Below the pieces are notes generated by a model. It ran no database searches. It saw only the letters and a program-made list of their open reading frames with translations, and was not told the DNA's origin. Shown piece by piece: positions 58,623 through 64,000 of a stretch of 64,000 nucleotides of DNA; positions within the stretch are counted from its first letter, which is position 1; each line of letters starts with the position of its first letter. Origin of the DNA: Planctomycetota bacterium (GTDB lineage Bacteria; Bacteroidota; Bacteroidia; Cytophagales; Cyclobacteriaceae); assembly GCA_047612305.1 (NCBI GenBank), contig JBLGAM010000005.1, forward strand, positions 2,102 through 66,101. The letters are read 5' to 3'. The translations under genes and the position numbers were made by a program.

Positions 58623-59990
58623 TTATTTTCCAGCTAGGACATCGCATCGGTCATAAAGTGGATCCAAGTCTATAAAAATATCTTCCTTTGCGGTAATAAA
58701 CCATTTGCTCAAAAGCTCATCTTCTTTTCTTCGAAGGGTTGCAGCTTTTAATTTTTCATAATCATCCGATAGATTAGCACGGTGTGCCGGATATTTATCT
58801 CTGTAAAACAATATTCGAAGCTTAGTGCCTTCTCGAGGGTCTTCATATTGAATAGGATTAGTAATCGCTCCAACTTGCATACTATCAAGAGTGAAGTATA
58901 AAACGGGGTCCTCCAGCGTTCGGAGTGTAAGGCGGCTGGAACTATTAGCTGGATCGGTGAAGAAGCCTCCATTATCAGATGTTGCTCGATCATCAGAATA
59001 TTCTTTTGCAGCATTTGCAAATTCAATTCTTCCAGCTTGTATTTCTGTTTTCAAACTATCGAGGTATCGCTCAGCTTTGGCAATATCTTCTTGAGTTGCT
59101 TTTGGGATTCTTAAGATGTGGCGTGTATTGTAGGTACTTCCTTTGTTTTCCAGCAATTGGATCAAGTGAATTCCAAAATCGGTTTCAACCGGATCACTAA
59201 GCTCCCCAGGTCTTAATGCCAAAGCGGTTGCCTCAAATTCAGGAGCTAATTCTCCTCTTCTAAAAAACCCTAAATCTCCCCCTTGAGCGCCAGATCCTGG
59301 ATCTTCTGAAAATTCTCTAGCTAAGGTTGCAAACTCTGCCTTGCCTGATCCGATATCTTCTTTAAACTTTCGAAGTTGCTCAAAAATCTCTTCTTTGGTT
59401 CTTTGATTGACTTCAGGTTTTTTGACGATTTGCCCAACTGTGACTTCAGCAGAGAAAAATGGTAGCGAATCCGAAGGGATACTATTATAAAAAGCTCTTA
59501 CCTCAGCTGGTGATACAGTAAGTCCTTCTGTGATCTTTCCCCTCATACGCTGAACTATCAATTGCTCACGGATTACTTCTTCGATCTCTTTTTTGAGTTG
59601 ATCACCCGTTTTCCCATAAGATTGGAGTAAAGTAGCCTCATCGCCACCAAACTGCTGCATGACCATATTGAAACGGCTGTCTGTCTGGAGCATTACTTCC
59701 GCATCAGTGACCATTATAGAATCAATCTCTGCCTTAGCAACCATGAGTTTGTTGATCATTAATGATTCAAATATCTCACATCTTGTAGGAGGCTCGACGC
59801 CTTGTTGGGCTTGTGCAATCGCCTCTAGATAAGTCTTTTGGACATCAGATTCTAATATGATATAATTGTCGACTTTCGCTACAATCTTGTCCAGTACTTG
59901 TCCGGTAGGCGGAGTTGCTTCCTGCGCAAATACAGAAGTCTGGAGTAAAACTAGTATTAGGAAAATAGTAAGTTGGTTCAGTTTATTCAT
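58623..59990 (-). CDS. SurA-like parvulin peptidyl-prolyl isomerase
   Basis: Signal VFA-Q, LDKIVAKV...IILESD, LAREFSEDPGS..QGGDLG, PVETDFGIHLI, RHIL. Confidence 0.93.
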   Translation of the reverse strand: MNKLNQLTIFLILVLLQTSVFAQEATPPTGQVLDKIVAKVDNYIILESDVQKTYLEAIAQAQQGVEPPTRCEIFESLMINKLMVAKAEIDSIMVTDAEVMLQTDSRFNMVMQQFGGDEATLLQSYGKTGDQLKKEIEEVIREQLIVQRMRGKITEGLTVSPAEVRAFYNSIPSDSLPFFSAEVTVGQIVKKPEVNQRTKEEIFEQLRKFKEDIGSGKAEFATLAREFSEDPGSGAQGGDLGFFRRGELAPEFEATALALRPGELSDPVETDFGIHLIQLLENKGSTYNTRHILRIPKATQEDIAKAERYLDSLKTEIQAGRIEFANAAKEYSDDRATSDNGGFFTDPANSSSRLTLRTLEDPVLYFTLDSMQVGAITNPIQYEDPREGTKLRILFYRDKYPAHRANLSDDYEKLKAATLRRKEDELLSKWFITAKEDIFIDLDPLYDRCDVLAGK

Positions 59991-60041
59991 GTGAGTCTTT
60001 CATCTAAGGTGATTACCCAAGAAGATTAGCTTGATTAAGTT

Positions 60042-62036
60042 CTATTGATTCAGCGAAATAAAGGCTTCCTCTTTCGCTTTTGTATTTACAGTAATGGGAT
60101 ATTTTTTTCGAAGCTCTTCGATTAGCTCTCCATCCAAGTATTCTTGAAAATCTCGAATAACTATTCCGCGGGTTTCTTCAAATTCCTTTTCGCCAGCTGG
60201 ATATTTTTCACCGAGTAATATGAGATGGAGATGTCCATTCACCTCAAGCTCTTGATAGGCGAGATTTAGATTTGCCTTCGAAAGAACTGGATGATTTTCA
60301 AATTCAAATGTGCCTTGCTCAGTTTGGAAAGCGAGAGGGCTATTTTGGGCATAATCAGCCTCAAAACTTGCGATCAAATCTTCACTCAGAAGTTTATCGG
60401 CTAAAAGACTTTTCGCATGACTAGACTTAGTCAAATCAAGAACTTTAACCAAATAGGCATCAATTCGATTTCCCCATTGGTATTGTTTGATATTCTTCTC
60501 GAAATATTCTTGCTGTGCTACAGAATCTTCAATCCCTTTCTGCCACACCTCTTGATTCATTAGGGAAAAGAGTAGAATTCCATCCCTATATTCATTGAGA
60601 AGCATTTTGTAGTCCTTATTATTCTCTGCTAAATCTCTTTCCTCAGTATCGTTCAACTTCAATGCAGTAAAGCGATCATACCAAAAGTCGAAAGGACTAA
60701 GGTTAGTTTTAACTGTAGAATCCTCACTATCAATGAAATCCAGGAAATCTGATGTGGTATAGGATTGATTATCTATCTTAAACAGCTCTTTTGATTCAAG
60801 TTCATTAGGCGAAAGTAGTGACTTAAAGGACACTTTGGATGAGGAGCTAAGCGTTTTCCTAACGGAGGATACTGTTTGCTCATTTTCGTCAAAATTGTAA
60901 CGGGATTTTTGTATGGCCATTACCTGTGACTTAATCATGGTAGATCTTGAATCTCTCATGATTCGTGACTTAATACTTTCCTCCAAATCCTCGAACAACT
61001 CCACTGGTTTTTTGTCTTCCAATCTAAGGATATGGTAACCATATTGAGTCCGGATTGGAGGAGATACTTCTCCCACCTCTGTAAGAGTGAAGGCTGCCAT
61101 CTCAAATTCAGGGATCATTGATCCTACACTGAACCAAGGAAGTAAACCTCCTTTCTGGCTTGAGCTAGGATCTTCGGAAAAATTCAAAACGATATCCTCC
61201 CATATAGTTGACTCTTTTTGAATCTGCGTATAGATATCATTTACTTTCCTTTTTGCTAGATCTTCCCCCGCTGGATTGGATGGATCTATTCTTACTAAAA
61301 TGTGAGAAACTAGGACTTGACCTGGATTAGGCTGTCTATCTTGAACTTTAATAACGTGATACCCGAAATTTGTAAGCACAGGATTTGATACCTCACTTGG
61401 CTTCATTGTATAGGCTGCATCCTCAAAAGGCTGAACCATCTGAAGTGCTGTGAAATAACCAAGATCACCTTTATTCTGCATTGCTGAAGGATCGTCTGAA
61501 TATTCAAGTGCGAGAGTATTAAAATCTCCACCAGATTCCAATTCCCTTTTGACTTTTAAAGCCATTTTCAGAACACTAAGGCTATCCTCTGAAGAGGCAT
61601 TTGGAGGAAACTGGATTAAAATATGACTTGCCCGAATTACTTCTTGGAGCCGAGCATATGCTTTTCTCAATTCGCCCTCTTCAAGCGAATTTTTAATTAG
61701 AAAAGGGGATTTTAAATTTTCTTTGAAGGATTCAAATTCTAGTTTGAACTCTTCCGCTTGATCTAATTCTTTAGCTTCAGCTTCTCTTACTTTTAGTTTG
61801 TAGTTGATGAAAAGCTTCATATTCGCCTCAAATTCCACTCGAGACATGCTGGAAGTTCCGGTTTCAGTATTTTGAGATTTTCCCAGCAGGTAGATCAATT
61901 CATCTTTTTCCACTGGCTTTCCACCCAAGGTCAAAAGTGGTTCTTGCGCAATCTGAGCAATTAAATCTTCTGGTTGAGAAAAGCTTATTGCGAGGAAAAA
62001 TAAAATTAAATATGCCGAAGTGGTTCGGTGTTTCAT
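60042..62036 (-). CDS. Parvulin peptidyl-prolyl isomerase, two PPIase domains
   Basis: ASHILI, YSDDPSA..NKGDLGYF, PFEDAAY, T.FGYHVIK, second VSHILV...GYHILRL. Confidence 0.93.
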   Translation of the reverse strand: MKHRTTSAYLILFFLAISFSQPEDLIAQIAQEPLLTLGGKPVEKDELIYLLGKSQNTETGTSSMSRVEFEANMKLFINYKLKVREAEAKELDQAEEFKLEFESFKENLKSPFLIKNSLEEGELRKAYARLQEVIRASHILIQFPPNASSEDSLSVLKMALKVKRELESGGDFNTLALEYSDDPSAMQNKGDLGYFTALQMVQPFEDAAYTMKPSEVSNPVLTNFGYHVIKVQDRQPNPGQVLVSHILVRIDPSNPAGEDLAKRKVNDIYTQIQKESTIWEDIVLNFSEDPSSSQKGGLLPWFSVGSMIPEFEMAAFTLTEVGEVSPPIRTQYGYHILRLEDKKPVELFEDLEESIKSRIMRDSRSTMIKSQVMAIQKSRYNFDENEQTVSSVRKTLSSSSKVSFKSLLSPNELESKELFKIDNQSYTTSDFLDFIDSEDSTVKTNLSPFDFWYDRFTALKLNDTEERDLAENNKDYKMLLNEYRDGILLFSLMNQEVWQKGIEDSVAQQEYFEKNIKQYQWGNRIDAYLVKVLDLTKSSHAKSLLADKLLSEDLIASFEADYAQNSPLAFQTEQGTFEFENHPVLSKANLNLAYQELEVNGHLHLILLGEKYPAGEKEFEETRGIVIRDFQEYLDGELIEELRKKYPITVNTKAKEEAFISLNQ

Positions 62037-62069
62037 GGATTCAATGCCTGCTTAGAAAGTGCAATTTTA

Positions 62070-62077
62070 CAAATTTA
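62070..62077 (-). promoter_or_regulatory. -7 promoter box for PPIase genes
   Basis: TAAATTTG on minus strand, 33 nt upstream of ATG 62036. Confidence 0.6.
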
Positions 62078-62124
62078 TTAGGATTTAAAGTCAAATGCCC
62101 CGAATACTAAGCATTTAACAAGAA

Positions 62125-62538
62125 TTAGGATTGAAACCATTTGATCAATCTACAGGTATTTGTGCCTTTCGCTGATTCAAATTCAATTTCATCCATAATC
62201 CTCTTTACCAAAATGATGCCTAAACCGCCTTTCCGCTTTTCTCCTTTTACTTTATTTAGATCAGGGATTTCATAATCAAGCAAATTGAAGGCCTTTCCCT
62301 TATCTGTGATTTCGAAGATAAGTTTGCCTAGAGACTCTTTTACTTCTAGGTCAATGTGATCTTTAGCGTTACATCCATGTGAATGAATGATCAGGTTTGC
62401 ACAGACTTCTTCTACTGCTAGGGTAAGTTGAAGTTTATCATTTTCAGAAAGATAAGGCATCGTCAACGTTCCTCGTAAAAAGTCTCTCAATTCAGCTAGT
62501 GCGGTTGTCTGGCAATATATTGTGATCCGGTGTTCCAT
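62125..62538 (-). CDS. RsbW/SpoIIAB-like anti-sigma factor Ser kinase
   Basis: LAVEEVCANLIIH (N box), ITDKG..F, GGLGIILVKRIMD. Confidence 0.92.
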   Translation of the reverse strand: MEHRITIYCQTTALAELRDFLRGTLTMPYLSENDKLQLTLAVEEVCANLIIHSHGCNAKDHIDLEVKESLGKLIFEITDKGKAFNLLDYEIPDLNKVKGEKRKGGLGIILVKRIMDEIEFESAKGTNTCRLIKWFQS

Positions 62539-62539
62539 G

Positions 62540-62872
62540 TCAGGAGGAAAGCGCAGTTTGTTTATCCGGGAAAATCGCCATTAACTGGTGGAGACCCAAA
62601 ATCTTGAATACTTCTAATACTCTTTCAGAAAGTCCAAAAATTCTGAAGTCAATATTTTTCTCTTGAAAATCTTCCAGATATGACATGAAAACACCCAAGC
62701 CTGCAGAAGAAATATATTCCAGTCCCTTTCCATCAATCAAAATAGCTTCACTTCCGTCTGCAATAAGCTTCTGAATAGACTTATCTAAAAGCACGGAGTT
62801 GCTGGCATCGACTTCTCCCTCAAGAACCAAGAAGTGATAACCATCCTCTTCAAGTACATTGATATTAAGCAT
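62540..62872 (-). CDS. STAS-domain anti-anti-sigma factor (RsbV/SpoIIAA-like)
   Basis: LEGEVDAS, LEYISSAGLGVF phospho-Ser motif, V.EVFKILGL. Confidence 0.94.
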   Translation of the reverse strand: MLNINVLEEDGYHFLVLEGEVDASNSVLLDKSIQKLIADGSEAILIDGKGLEYISSAGLGVFMSYLEDFQEKNIDFRIFGLSERVLEVFKILGLHQLMAIFPDKQTALSS

Positions 62873-62895
62873 ATTATAATTTCTATTTAAAATGA

Positions 62896-64000
62896 CTAGT
62901 TAAACTTCACGACCATCATGGAATAATCATCGTCGATTTTCCCATCTCCTCCTACGAAGTGATGAAGCGAATCGATGAGATTGGTTTGGATTTCTTTTGA
63001 GTTGTGCTCATGGTATATTTCAAGTAGTGAGCGTAATCGTTCAAAACCGAATTGATTCCCTACAAGATTCTTGGCTTCAATGACTCCGTCTGTATATAAA
63101 ACTAAAGTATCACCAGTCTGGTAAGTATAAGTCTTTTCTTCAACGTGATTCTCGTATAGCTTGTTTCTTAAAATCCCCAAACCAAGTCCATCAATTTCCA
63201 AATACTCTGATTTTGAAACCGATGAGTTAAAGCGTAATGTAGGGACATGGCCTGCTCTTGCATGGCAAAAGGTTTTTATTTGGGTATTGATCAAGAAAAT
63301 TGAAACCGTGATGAAGTGATTCCGCTCGAGACATTTGCTTAAAGCAGAGTTAGCTTTTATCAGAAAATCAGTAGGACTCAGGTTTAATTGGATCAAACTC
63401 TGAAAGATTCCTTTCATTTGGGCCATATGAAATGCCGCTGAGGTGCCTTTTCCGGAGACATCGCCAATGATCAAAACATACCGATCATCATCCAGCTTGA
63501 AAGTGTCGTAATAGTCTCCACCTACTTCATCTGCGGCGTTGGAATAGGCAGAAATATTAAAGGAGTTGTTGTGATCAAGTTTGGTGGGTAAAAGTGCTTT
63601 TTGAACTCGTTGGGCAATCTTCAATTCCTCTTGGTAGCGCTCATTCAATATTGCCTGATTCAGTAAGCGGTGATTTTCGACCGAAATACAAGCTTGACTC
63701 ACAAAAGTGCTAATGATGTTAATCATTTCGCTATTGAAGCCATCTTTCACTTCTTTAATCATTATCATTCTCCCAATAGTTATTTTATTGATCAACAATG
63801 GTATTATTAGCGCCGACTCGAATCTCGGGTGGTTAATTCGTATTTCTTGGATATTGATGTTTTTGGCAAATTTTTCATCAGGTTTTCCGACTAAAATTTT
63901 TGACTTTTTGATTAGTGCGATTAGTTCTTCTCTAGTCTTAATATCAATAAATCGCTCGAGCTGAAAATCGATTGATATAACTTCTCGCTCCATCTCAAGC
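62896..64000 (-). CDS. GAF + PP2C/SpoIIE phosphatase (RsbU-like); 5' end probably beyond window end
   Basis: ENHRL...EELKIAQRVQ.ALLP, EVGGDYYD, IGDVSGKG, ARAGH, LYTDGVIEA, DDDYS; frame stays open upstream of 63993. Confidence 0.93.
   Translation of the reverse strand, partial: LEMEREVISIDFQLERFIDIKTREELIALIKKSKILVGKPDEKFAKNINIQEIRINHPRFESALIIPLLINKITIGRMIMIKEVKDGFNSEMINIISTFVSQACISVENHRLLNQAILNERYQEELKIAQRVQKALLPTKLDHNNSFNISAYSNAADEVGGDYYDTFKLDDDRYVLIIGDVSGKGTSAAFHMAQMKGIFQSLIQLNLSPTDFLIKANSALSKCLERNHFITVSIFLINTQIKTFCHARAGHVPTLRFNSSVSKSEYLEIDGLGLGILRNKLYENHVEEKTYTYQTGDTLVLYTDGVIEAKNLVGNQFGFERLRSLLEIYHEHNSKEIQTNLIDSLHHFVGGDGKIDDDYSMMVVKFN

Noticed and set aside
1-64000. CRISPR array, tRNA, rRNA or prophage
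   Set aside because: No repeat-spacer periodicity, cloverleaf, rRNA signature or phage structural gene cluster seen by eye.

Overview
Mostly core chromosome of a Bacteroidota bacterium; gene order, TAnnTTTG promoters and Gln-at-+1 signal peptides fit Cytophagales, probably Algoriphagus-like (inference). 1-6445 is an accessory cluster of minus-strand secreted-protein genes: a glycine-rich adhesin-like gene running off the window start (not in the ORF track), a decayed paralogue broken by an IS3-family remnant, and an intact beta-solenoid protein with a type IX secretion (T9SS)-like C-terminus. A candidate structured ncRNA lies among them. The rest is largely housekeeping: rho, recO, tdk, mreBCD-mrdA-rodA, rimP-nusA-infB, cstA, accD, a stand-alone nqrF, a ureohydrolase-like/cytochrome b5/sugar kinase/murQ operon, CBS-nadK-DUF6089-uppS-bamA-skp-skp-trxA, chrA, serS, nusB-yajC-coaE, a Leu dehydrogenase, an ABC exporter, a degenerate IS150-like element, two SurA-like PPIases and an RsbU/V/W-like module. 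Best leads: (1) a poly-Pro-ending leader-like protein, an outer-membrane barrel and a two-domain vanadium haloperoxidase-like lipoprotein (23254-26513); (2) a bacterial homologue of eukaryotic N-terminal glutamine amidohydrolase NTAQ1 (28376-28912); (3) a HipA-like kinase/DUF3037 pair tail-to-tail with serS; (4) the candidate ncRNA at 1869-1967. No rRNA, tRNA or CRISPR array was seen. All calls come from reading motifs by eye; no searches were run.
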